DNA from: a virus
DNA length: 64,000 nucleotides
Reading direction: 5' to 3' (one strand)
IMG/VR virus record: IMGVR_UViG_3300045988_166360
Span: 3,753 to 67,752 of that record
Below the pieces are notes generated by a model. That model did no database searches. It saw only the letters and a program-made list of their open reading frames with translations, and had not been told where the DNA came from. Positions 55,298 to 64,000 of this stretch are shown here, piece by piece. Position 1 is the stretch's first letter. Every line of letters starts with the position of its first letter. A program made the position numbers and the translations under genes.

Positions 55298-58163
55298 TAC
55301 TGGTGCATCCAGCCCGCAACCGCCGATAATTCCAATAGGGACCACGGACAGTTCGTGGCGCAACGGCCATGACCCGGACCGCCCCATGGGGGAACCCATT
55401 ATCAATTTTCCCTATGCCGTAGTTAAGAACGTCATGTTCTTCGTGGAACGGATTGTCAAAAATCCTAATGAACTGTCTGCCGAACTGGGGACTCCCTACA
55501 ACCCCACTGCCGGGACCACCTTCCTCCCGTACATGCGGGAAGCGGTCCTGGTCCATGTGGAACCCGTAGCGGAAGACGCGCGTCGGCATATCTATCGGTT
55601 CTACTACATGGTGCCTCCCCAGGAGCAGTTCAAATACAACATCCAGGATATGAAAAAAATTCAGGATGGGTATACGCTTAAGGACACGGCGGCGAACGGG
55701 AAGTTTATGAGCAGTGCGGCAGATGCCGACGACTTGAAAGATTTCTACGAGATTACCCGGGAATGGGTGGAACCCACGGATTCCGCGTACACCCCGTTAG
55801 CCCTTGGTTCCTTTGACCCCAGCAACGAGAAGCTTGACCCTGACTTCTATGACTTGCACGATTTCACGGGCTACGATGCCCAGCTGGTTTATGAAGAAGT
55901 AGGAAAATTTGAGGAAGACTACCTCAACAAATATTTCCGAAAAGTGTTGCGCGTGTATAAAACTCTCCCCGGTCCTGTTGTCAAGGAGTTCATGCCCAAC
56001 AATATGTGGGTAAAGGGGGACACTGTATGGGAAAACGGCGGCCCCGGAACTTCTGTTCCCGAAAACGAATGGGTGTCTCAAAACGCTATCAAACTTTCCC
56101 GCGAAGTGTGGGCCGCCCCTCTGTGGGAAGGGGAAGGCGGGCCGGAACCTGGACAGGCGCGCATCCCCCATATGCCTACGGAAGAATTCGGGGAACAGCC
56201 CATCAGCACGGGGTGGGACAAGGGTTCCTACCCCAGCCTTCAGATGTACACTATTGTGTCCATGTTCAAGCGCAATTCATCCATTGTGGAAAAGGAACAG
56301 CAGAACAGCCTTTCCGGCAACTGTTGCAACCCCGACTCCCGGTTCGTGCGCTGTATCAACACCACAGTGACGACCAGCCAGTCAGTGGACTGGACGGCCA
56401 ACGGGGACCTTCCATCCATTGAACCCCCGGACCCCAGTGAGAACTGTAGCCAATGGAGGGTGGATAGTAGTGTGGTAGTCCGAGAAGGGTATAGCCAGAA
56501 GGAAACCCGGAAGCAATGCACTACGTATAAACAGATTGACGAGTTCTGGGAATCCCAGTTCGACCGGATTACGAACCAGGTTTATCCGGTGCTTCGCAAA
56601 ATCGTGCACGACCCCTCCACCGACTTCGACACGGTATGGCAGGAAGAAGGGTTCAAAAAATACACGGATGCCGTGGGTAATGTTTACTACGGGCGCAAGC
56701 TGGAAAACCCGACAATCGAAGTTCCGGTTTCCATCCCCGACACCCCCTGGACCCAGCTGACTTATTCCCTGAACGATTTTACCGCTTCGGAGGACAACCC
56801 CAGCCCGAGCGGCATGCTCACCAATTTCAGTACGGTCAACCCCTGGAACAGCCCCAGTTATCCGAACTACGCCGGAACCTTCGCGTTCAACTGCGAATAT
56901 ACTTCCAACAATACCGGGGATGACAGGGGCACCGTGGTTTCCATCAACTTCAAAGGAAACCGCTGGTGGCCTATGTATATTCAAAACAGCTACCCCACTT
57001 CGGAGTCTCCGGGAACAATTACTAATTCACCGCACTACGTGAACATTAACCCTGACGGTCCCTGGTACACCCAGAACGGCCAGTACAAAGTCAGAGGGGA
57101 ACTTTTCATAACTGACACCCTGTATGCCGAAGGGGTCACTGGCCAGACCTGGACTTTCCCCATAGGTTATATGGACGGTTCAGGTGTGTACCAGCGCAAC
57201 AATTCCTATAACCCGGAAATGAAATTTACCGTAGGAGCTTTGCCTACGGGAATCAGCAACGCTTACCTGGACGTGGAGTTGGGCCAGTTGAATCTTCATT
57301 GCTGGATTGAAAACCCAGACAACTCTAATATCACCGGGACTATTCCCATACTCCTGAACGGCACAAAAATATTTGACATCGAAGTTTCCGGTGTAGTCAG
57401 TACCGGGAACGAACCTCCGAACGTAAGCAGTTCAAGGCTCGCCAAAGCCGACTATACGGACGGGACCTACGTCCTCAAATCCGAAGTCGTTAATAAGCTG
57501 GACATGACGTTCAACTGCCAACGGTTCCCTTACTGGCAGTTTGGAGTAACTATAGCCAGCTTAAACGGCAATACCTATAAACGGGAAACAAGCACCGAAG
57601 TGTCCCGTGTAGTCCTCCGGCAGTGGGTGAACCCCTGCTACGCTGTGGATAGCTACATGCAGGTTCCCGGTATTGGATATTACCGGAAATATACCACCAC
57701 CATGAACTACAGTTTCCCGCCAGTCCTGGGAAGCGTCATGTGGATGCCGTGGAACACCCGGCCCGATATGTCCGGGAAAGGAGGCGGCCAATACTTCCCT
57801 ACGACAACCATGTCTCAGGACTCCTATTCAGGCCCCTGCACGGCAATTGTGGAAGAACTGTTCAGCCCGGATGGTTCCTGGCCGAACACCTGGGGCCTGG
57901 GAACAACTCCGCAGTATATTACCAACAGCGGGTATTTCTCCACGCCGTTGGTGGATTTCCGTCTCCCAGCCTGCCTCCACCCTAACCTGAACTTTGTCGT
58001 GACAATCGGAAACCAGGATGCCAAATGGCAACCCGGCCAATTCACATGCACCTTCCCTTCCACCTCTGTGACCACCTGGCAACCCGTAACTTCCTACTAC
58101 GCGTCCCCGTGGAACGGCGGCATGCTGTGCAAGAAAGTAACCATCTATCCTCCAACCGCATAA
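55281..58163 (+). CDS. Large virion protein (960 aa), likely tail/receptor-binding
   Basis: Trp/Tyr/Asn/Pro/Thr-rich, typical of carbohydrate-binding tail proteins; no catalytic motif recognised. Confidence 0.45.
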   Translation: MPLIPNTGASSPQPPIIPIGTTDSSWRNGHDPDRPMGEPIINFPYAVVKNVMFFVERIVKNPNELSAELGTPYNPTAGTTFLPYMREAVLVHVEPVAEDARRHIYRFYYMVPPQEQFKYNIQDMKKIQDGYTLKDTAANGKFMSSAADADDLKDFYEITREWVEPTDSAYTPLALGSFDPSNEKLDPDFYDLHDFTGYDAQLVYEEVGKFEEDYLNKYFRKVLRVYKTLPGPVVKEFMPNNMWVKGDTVWENGGPGTSVPENEWVSQNAIKLSREVWAAPLWEGEGGPEPGQARIPHMPTEEFGEQPISTGWDKGSYPSLQMYTIVSMFKRNSSIVEKEQQNSLSGNCCNPDSRFVRCINTTVTTSQSVDWTANGDLPSIEPPDPSENCSQWRVDSSVVVREGYSQKETRKQCTTYKQIDEFWESQFDRITNQVYPVLRKIVHDPSTDFDTVWQEEGFKKYTDAVGNVYYGRKLENPTIEVPVSIPDTPWTQLTYSLNDFTASEDNPSPSGMLTNFSTVNPWNSPSYPNYAGTFAFNCEYTSNNTGDDRGTVVSINFKGNRWWPMYIQNSYPTSESPGTITNSPHYVNINPDGPWYTQNGQYKVRGELFITDTLYAEGVTGQTWTFPIGYMDGSGVYQRNNSYNPEMKFTVGALPTGISNAYLDVELGQLNLHCWIENPDNSNITGTIPILLNGTKIFDIEVSGVVSTGNEPPNVSSSRLAKADYTDGTYVLKSEVVNKLDMTFNCQRFPYWQFGVTIASLNGNTYKRETSTEVSRVVLRQWVNPCYAVDSYMQVPGIGYYRKYTTTMNYSFPPVLGSVMWMPWNTRPDMSGKGGGQYFPTTTMSQDSYSGPCTAIVEELFSPDGSWPNTWGLGTTPQYITNSGYFSTPLVDFRLPACLHPNLNFVVTIGNQDAKWQPGQFTCTFPSTSVTTWQPVTSYYASPWNGGMLCKKVTIYPPTA

Positions 58164-58167
58164 TCTC

Positions 58168-58905
58168 ATGGCGTTCATTACTAAATCCTATTTGACGTAT
58201 CGAAATGTATGCGACGAATTGTGTATGCTCATTACCAATACGCCGCCCTCCAAAACCAATGTTGACTTCCGCAGGATTCTAAAAGAAGCCCAGAACCTCC
58301 TGCTTAACGAAGCCACGGTATCCCCGGATTCCATGGCAACTCTTGACTTCGAAGGGATTGAACGGGACGGAACCATATCCTTGCCGGAAGAATATGACAG
58401 TATCGTTGAGGCATGGACTCCGGGGGGCCAGAGGTACAACATTGTTGACCGGGCCATGTTCGAATCCAACACCTGGTTCCGTAGCGAGTACCCCCGCAGG
58501 CCGCACGGTTCCCCTCCCCTCATGGTGGACATGGGGCTAAATGACAAAAACCTCCGCACCTATGCCGTACTGTCTGGTAGCAATGGCATTAACGACCAGA
58601 ACAACACCATGACCGTGACCGCGCGTTGCGCCCTCCGCGGGCTGTCCCTGAATGTTTATGACGACAGCGCATGGGAAGATGAAGAGGTCCGCATTTATCC
58701 GGGATGTCTTCCCGCCCTCAAGGCCATGATGCTGTCCGTAGTCTACAATGAACAGGGCAATACCCAGATGGGCACGGACAGTTACGGACTGGCAGTCAAA
58801 TACCTGAACGACCATCTTCGCAAATACCGTCAGGGCACCTATCAGGCACCCAACATTATTCAAGTGGGTGGCCTGATGCAGAGCCCCGGACTTAATCTCA
58901 TGTAA
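58168..58905 (+). CDS. Hypothetical virion-module protein (245 aa)
   Basis: ORF only. Confidence 0.45.
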   Translation: MAFITKSYLTYRNVCDELCMLITNTPPSKTNVDFRRILKEAQNLLLNEATVSPDSMATLDFEGIERDGTISLPEEYDSIVEAWTPGGQRYNIVDRAMFESNTWFRSEYPRRPHGSPPLMVDMGLNDKNLRTYAVLSGSNGINDQNNTMTVTARCALRGLSLNVYDDSAWEDEEVRIYPGCLPALKAMMLSVVYNEQGNTQMGTDSYGLAVKYLNDHLRKYRQGTYQAPNIIQVGGLMQSPGLNLM

Positions 58906-58910
58906 CCCTT

Positions 58911-59996
58911 ATGGCAACTCAATCTACAGCTACAAGTAATGAAGGGAAGAACCCCGTAACCAAGTCTCCGCGGCAGAAGATTACTGAAGAAGTTCTGCCC
59001 AAGGTAAACCCCGACGTGCCGCTTCGCCCCAGCTCCAACAACGACCCGAACAAACCTGTCGATGCTAAGGCATTGAACGAAGTGGCCGCGGCCAACAGCA
59101 ACCACGGAATCCAGAGACCTCCGGGAACCCCGGAAAGGCCCAGCGCGGCCTACTGGGCCAGCAAGGGAATCACGGAACCCACGGTTCCAGGTGCCGCGGA
59201 CCCGAACAGCAGAGCCTATGCGGAAGCCCAGCGGGCCAGTTACCAAAAACTCATAGCCCAGGGGCCGACCGCAGAGGACAGGCTTCTCATGAGGGGCGTG
59301 GACCAGAATGTAAGCAGAGGGCAGATGCCTGTAATCAGAGGACCTGAACCCGCCGTACCCACGGGACCCACGGTACCCACGGGACCCGGGGGTCGAACTT
59401 CCGCGTCTTCGAATCTGACCTTCGGGGACTTCAGTGCGAAAATGAAGAATGACCTCCCCCCGGAACAGTATAAACTTTTCCAGTCCCTGTCTCCCGCTGT
59501 ACAAACAAACCTATACAACAGGTTTAAAGCGCAACAGATTAGACAGATGGGAACCACGGGAACCACGGGAACCACGGGAACCACGGGAACCACGGGAACC
59601 ACGGGAACCGTGGGGGCCTTGCCTGCCGGGGGTTCTCCCATACCTACGGCAGAAACAACCCCGCTGGGACGGGATGAAAAAATGCTGAATGTTCTGCGGG
59701 ACTCTACAGCAGACCCGCAAGCCAGGGCTCAAGCCAAAGCCTATCTGACGGTCAAGACCATGTATGCCCAGAAAGGAAAATACGCAAACGAAATTAAAGC
59801 CCTGGAACGAGGTGCCCGCGCTTACCGTAAACAACTGGACAATATGTTCAAAAATACTTTGAACCGAAGGGACCCGCGGTACCAACAACAGTATGACCAC
59901 CTAAGATTGCTGAGGAAGAACAACCCGCAGGCGAAACTTATCATGTACACGGAACTGTTGAAGAGGCCGGAGTTTGCTTCTCTTAGATTCAAATAA
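58911..59996 (+). CDS. Low-complexity Pro/Gly/Thr-rich protein with (GTT)x6 repeat (361 aa)
   Basis: Disordered composition; arrays 59352-59386 and 59549-59611 in frame; mini-element copy 59101-59135. Confidence 0.45.
   Translation: MATQSTATSNEGKNPVTKSPRQKITEEVLPKVNPDVPLRPSSNNDPNKPVDAKALNEVAAANSNHGIQRPPGTPERPSAAYWASKGITEPTVPGAADPNSRAYAEAQRASYQKLIAQGPTAEDRLLMRGVDQNVSRGQMPVIRGPEPAVPTGPTVPTGPGGRTSASSNLTFGDFSAKMKNDLPPEQYKLFQSLSPAVQTNLYNRFKAQQIRQMGTTGTTGTTGTTGTTGTTGTVGALPAGGSPIPTAETTPLGRDEKMLNVLRDSTADPQARAQAKAYLTVKTMYAQKGKYANEIKALERGARAYRKQLDNMFKNTLNRRDPRYQQQYDHLRLLRKNNPQAKLIMYTELLKRPEFASLRFK
59549..59611. repeat. 9-bp tandem repeat gggaaccac x6-7 (encodes GTTGTT...)
   Basis: Read directly; CCACGG core. 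Confidence 0.85.
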
Positions 59997-60035
59997 TTCC
60001 ACGACCGGAGAGTGAAGTATTTTCACTTGACGTTA

Positions 60036-60075
60036 GCCCCCGCTTTGATAGACTTAGGCAGTCCCCAAAGCGGGG
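60036..60075 (+). other. Hairpin CCCCCGCTTTG..CAAAGCGGGGG (11-bp perfect stem, 18-nt loop), no U-tail
   Basis: Read directly between genes. Confidence 0.3.
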
Positions 60076-60107
60076 GCGCATTATATTAGCAACCAAACAT
60101 TTAAGCA

Positions 60108-63100
60108 GATGGCCATTGATTTTACTAAAGCCAGCCTGACGGATTGGGACCTGGATTCCGAACGTGCAGAACGACGGGAGGCCCGCGCCGCAGAAAAGCA
60201 TGCCGCATGGCAACAGACACAGGAACAGAAAGCCCTGGACCGCCAGGCGAGAGAAGCTGAAAAAACCAGAAAGCGGGAAATTGAAGCAGTTGATGCCGAC
60301 GTGGACTTCGCTACCTACTTGTCTGACACTCTGGAAAAGCAGAGGAAGGAGTTGGAAAAGCAAGCTAAGGAAGCAAAGACAGCGAAAAGAACAGAGGTAA
60401 CGGAAGCACGGGAAGACCAGAGGTTTGACTGGGCCCTTCAGGATAGGCGTAAAAAGGAAATTAACGAAGCCGTAGCATCTCTGGGCAAGCGCAATATAGG
60501 CTTGTATGCGGAAACCCTTGATGACCTGGCAGAGTATGTGAACCAGGACGAAAACAGTTTTATCGACCTGAAACAAGCCAGTAAAGGCGACTCTTCCCTT
60601 CTCGAAAAACTCAACGATTCTCTGGATGCCACTGTAGTATCTTCCAATTCCCTGACCCCTACTGACCCTGCATTCGTTTCCAGGTATGGTATCAGTGTAG
60701 GGGAAAACGGACTGCCCGTTATCACTGAAAAATTTTTAGCCATTGCGGCAGACCGCACCCGTAATTCAGGGGAGGTAAGCAAAGCGATTGCAAACACGTT
60801 AGCGGCTAACAGGAAAAAATATATTAAGGAACACCTGGATGCCACTGGACTCAACGCCGCACAGGTAGAAGCGGAAGCCCCGGCAACCATGGAAGCCGAA
60901 GAAATTAAGGCCCTTCTTGATAATATCCGGCGTAAAAATATTGACACCTTCAAAGCCGCCAGGAAAGTTTACGACAAATACAACACGGCATCCACGGAAG
61001 CCATTCAGGGCAGGAAGCCCAGTGAGGCCAGCGTGGGGGAGCCTGGCGTTGGCGAATCCTTTGACACGGCACCTTCATTCACTGGGAATGTTTTTGCTGA
61101 GCTCGCCAACCTGTCCAAGTCTCCCAGCACTATGTTCCGTCTCGTCCGTGACTACGGTAAATACGTAGCCGACACGGCATCCACGGTAGCCAAGGAAGCC
61201 ACGGATGCCCGTGCCGCTGAAGCCGGGAAGCGAGCCATCACTGCCGCGAAGACAGTGGACAACATTATTCAGCGGATGGAGGACGAGTATGAGGGCATCA
61301 ACTCCGTAGCCCTCCGGGAAAATTTGATGGACGAAGCCAAGGTTGCCGAAGCCGCCGTGAAACGGTTGGCTCCCATGGTTGACCTTGACGAGATGCGGGC
61401 CGTGGCTGACAAGAAGAGCCATGAACTGGGCCGCACCATTGAATCGGATTACCGCCGTGACTATGCTGACACGCTGTATGCCGAACTGGAAAAGCGCAAT
61501 CCAGGATTAAGCCGTGACCTGATTCGCACACTGGGAACTACGGAACTCCTGAATGCCCAGACCAACGGCCTGAAGAAACGCGGCAGTCTTGATGACGCGG
61601 TTGCCGGGGCCATGAGCCAATACAGGAGCACGGCTGGTCAGGTCGCTGACGTTCTTACCTTCCAACCGGGGAATCTGGCAGGGAAAACCAGTGACCCGCT
61701 GAGTACAATGGAATGGCGGCAAGGTGCGCGTGGTTGGGAGTATGGTATAGTGGGCGGTCCTACCTTTGAGGTCAGCACCGAACAGCTTCGTGATTACATG
61801 AAGAACTACGGGATTAAGAACACGAAGGACGCGCTCAATTCCCTTAGTCATGCGGCAAGACAGGGGGACCTCAACATAGGCAGAGGTACGCTGTTTGCAT
61901 ACAACCCCCACACGAGAGAGGTTGATACAAACGCCACGCTCCAATACAATCCCAATGCCCTGTATGATGACGACCTATTCAATCGTAGCGTCAACCAGTT
62001 GCAGGAATCAGGAGCAGACCCAGAGCTGATTGAGAAAACGATTGAGCAGTGGAAGAAGACTCGCACCAAATCCGCAAGCGAAATGGTCAAGCAGAACATG
62101 GAACTGGAAGAAACTCTAGGGGCTCTTCGAGATACCTGGATGGGAACTGGTGCCGGATTTGCTGGTGGCTGGGTCATGGACCGTCTGGATAAGATGCTGT
62201 CCTTCAAAGAGTTCTATAACAGTGGCAAGGAGAATGGCCAGAGTGATGAGCAGATTCTTGCCGCATGGCAGAAGGAAGGACAGGGTACTATCAACTCCAT
62301 TCTCCGGGGCCTTCAAATCGGCACACACAAATTTGCTGATATCGGGACGGGAGCTGTTGCGGGGTCCCTTCTTTTCGCCTCCAACCTTTTGGGCAGTGAC
62401 ACTGGCCGGGAAAAAGCCCGCACCATGTGGAACACGCTGAATGAAAAACAGAGGGCAGAAGGTGAACTGGTCAAGGGAAATCTCATGGCTGACATGTCTG
62501 CGGAGATTGTCAACCTGGGATACCAAATGGTAGGTACCTATGTGGGAGGTGCGGTTGGTGGTATTGCCGGGCGAGCCCTGGAACGCACAGCAATGAATGG
62601 TCTTATCAAAGCAAGTGCCAAGGTAATAGCCCGTAGAACCGAAGCCCTCGTACCTGCCGCACGTCCGGGACTAGCGAGCAGTGTAAGCGGAGGCATCCAA
62701 CGGGTTATGAACCGGGCCGCCAATATAAACCTACAGCGTGCGGGTGCGGGTGCCGGGGTTAATACTGTCATTGCCAGTCAGGTAGTGCCCCAAGCATACT
62801 CCGAAATTTTTTACGCGGTCTATGACCGGGAGATGGAAGGTAAGGAACCCACCGCAGAGAACCTCGAAGCGGCTCAAGCCAAAGCCAACCTCAGAGCTTT
62901 AATGGGTTCAGGGATTGCGGGCGGCATGTCCATTCTGATTAACAACCGCGCAGGTATGGAGTCCTTCATGCGTAAAGTAGTGGGAGCCAAAAACCTCCGC
63001 AGGGAAAACTGGTTCAACCGTGTAGATGAACGTCTTTCCAATTGGCGAAGAAAAAACTGGAAAGACATGACCAACATAGAACGCACTAAAGCGGTAGCTT

Positions 63101-64000
63101 CTTACCTTTACAGTTGCGCCAAGGTTTCCGCTGAAGGGGCCACTGAAGAATTGGCTGACGAATTCCAGGAATGGGCTGTGACTGAACTGGCCAAGAATGG
63201 GGAAATATCTGAACAGTCTATCGGAACTTTCGAAGGAGTCGTTGAAACAGGGGCCAAGATTGCTTTCCTTGGTATGCTTGGTGGGGTGTATGGAGCACGA
63301 ATCGCAGGAGAAACCCCCGCTCCCTTCCAGCTTTCTCCCACGGCACCCACGGCACCCACGGCACCCACGGCAACCATGGTATTTAAAGAAGCCAGCCAGC
63401 TGGTAGAGAGTACAGGCAAAGCCCTGGAATCCGTGGACCCCACGGGACCCGCGGCACCCCTGCTCGAATCGGGCCGGAAGACTATTGAAGTAGCGGGGGA
63501 CAGGGGGGACGTGGAGCTGGTGGCCGCGGACTGGGTGAACAAGACCGTAGCCAATGAGGAACTCCATCTGTCGGATGAACAAAAGGCACAATGGATTTCC
63601 ATGGCACCCGCATTAGGCATGACCAACTTCCAATCTTTCCGCAACTATGTGCAGGAAGCCTCCGACAGATACCAGTACGAAGGGGAAACCGCCGCGGCTG
63701 AGTACCTTGCGGATGTTATTCGTGACCTGCCCAACACGATGGCCTATGCAAGCGATACCAATGTGGGCATCATGCGCTCCATGCTGACCGAAGCATTCGA
63801 CGCAATGAAGAGCCGCGAAGCGAACATCCCTCTGGATGACAACCTTGACCTTCAGGGTACTGGGGACGAAAGCCTGGACGAAGCTTCCAATATCATCAAC
63901 ACCCTGACGAACGAAGAAACGGATACCACGGATACCACGGATACCACGGATACCACGGATACCACGGATACCACGGATACCACGGATACCACGGATACCA
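60108..64000 (+). CDS. Very large virion protein, tape-measure/ejection-protein-like (3' end outside window)
   Basis: Frame open for >1290 codons from ATG 60108 to window end; coiled-coil N-region, Gly/Ala-rich hydrophobic segments (GAVAGSLLFASNLL, VGGAVGGIAG), arrays PTAPTAPTAPTA (63329-63364) and TDTTDT... (63924-64000+). Confidence 0.5.
63924..64000. repeat. 9-bp tandem repeat acggatacc x8.5, continues past window
   Basis: Read directly; CCACGG core; in-frame (TDT repeats). Confidence 0.85.

Noticed and set aside
1-64000. Integrase / lysogeny module, DGR reverse transcriptase, phage RNA polymerase
   Set aside because: None of the tyrosine/serine recombinase, RT (YxDD) or multisubunit/T7-like RNAP motifs were seen in any frame. 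The HTH island alone is insufficient to call lysogeny.

Overview
This window reads as a contiguous 64 kb segment of a large tailed dsDNA phage (Caudoviricetes-like) genome, about 50% GC with AT-richer islands. No integrase, CRISPR array or tRNA could be supported.

Layout, left to right:
- (i) 3..2054: 3' end of a large virion-protein gene entering from outside the window, then a Cys-rich ORF.
- (ii) 2849..16199, minus strand: about 25 mostly small genes (early / host-takeover type). They include flavin-dependent thymidylate synthase ThyX, a DUF3310-like protein, a GNAT-like acetyltransferase, several zinc-ribbon proteins and tandem paralogs. They are served by a recurring promoter-like motif (TTTGTCATAC ... 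TAATTTGACA) and hairpin terminators.
- (iii) ~16200..19020: a 2.8 kb non-coding, repeat-dense region with 9-bp tandem arrays, 25-bp and 33-bp repeated elements, two intrinsic terminators, a TTTGTAGTTGAA repeat (3 direct copies and 1 inverted) and a ~100 bp AT-rich tract. It sits at the strand switch next to the replication genes. It is a candidate origin, possibly also encoding small non-coding transcripts.
- (iv) 19022..29566, plus strand: replication/recombination module. It holds PrimPol–SF3 helicase, a Zn-ribbon protein, MazG-like pyrophosphohydrolase, family A DNA polymerase, SF2 helicase, a PD-(D/E)xK (Cas4-like) nuclease and a RuvC-like resolvase.
- (v) 29570..43380: packaging and morphogenesis. 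Large terminase, candidate portal, scaffold, major capsid, Ig-like structural proteins and a tail fibre with collagen-like 'x-K-x-YVD' fibre repeats.
- (vi) 43439..54840: accessory islands. One is an early-promoter-driven array of paralogous small genes. One is a regulator island (two HTH proteins plus a membrane protein). One is a low-GC glycosylation island (GT2, CMP-nonulosonate/Kdo-type cytidylyltransferase, CstII/Maf-like transferase, second nucleotidyltransferase-like gene). Then a putative lysin with peptidoglycan-binding repeats and a holin-like gene.
- (vii) 55281..64000: large virion / tail-associated proteins, including a >1290 aa tape-measure/ejection-like protein running off the window end.

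The most unusual signal is at the DNA level. A GC-rich mini-element (about 30 bp, core CCNNGGAWTCC / CCACGG) is scattered at least 20 times through coding regions (in frame) and non-coding regions. Where it occurs it has expanded locally into 9-bp tandem arrays.

Gene starts almost never have a Shine-Dalgarno sequence. The early promoters resemble the Bacteroidota TTTG / TAnnTTTG type, so a Bacteroidota host is inferred but not proven.
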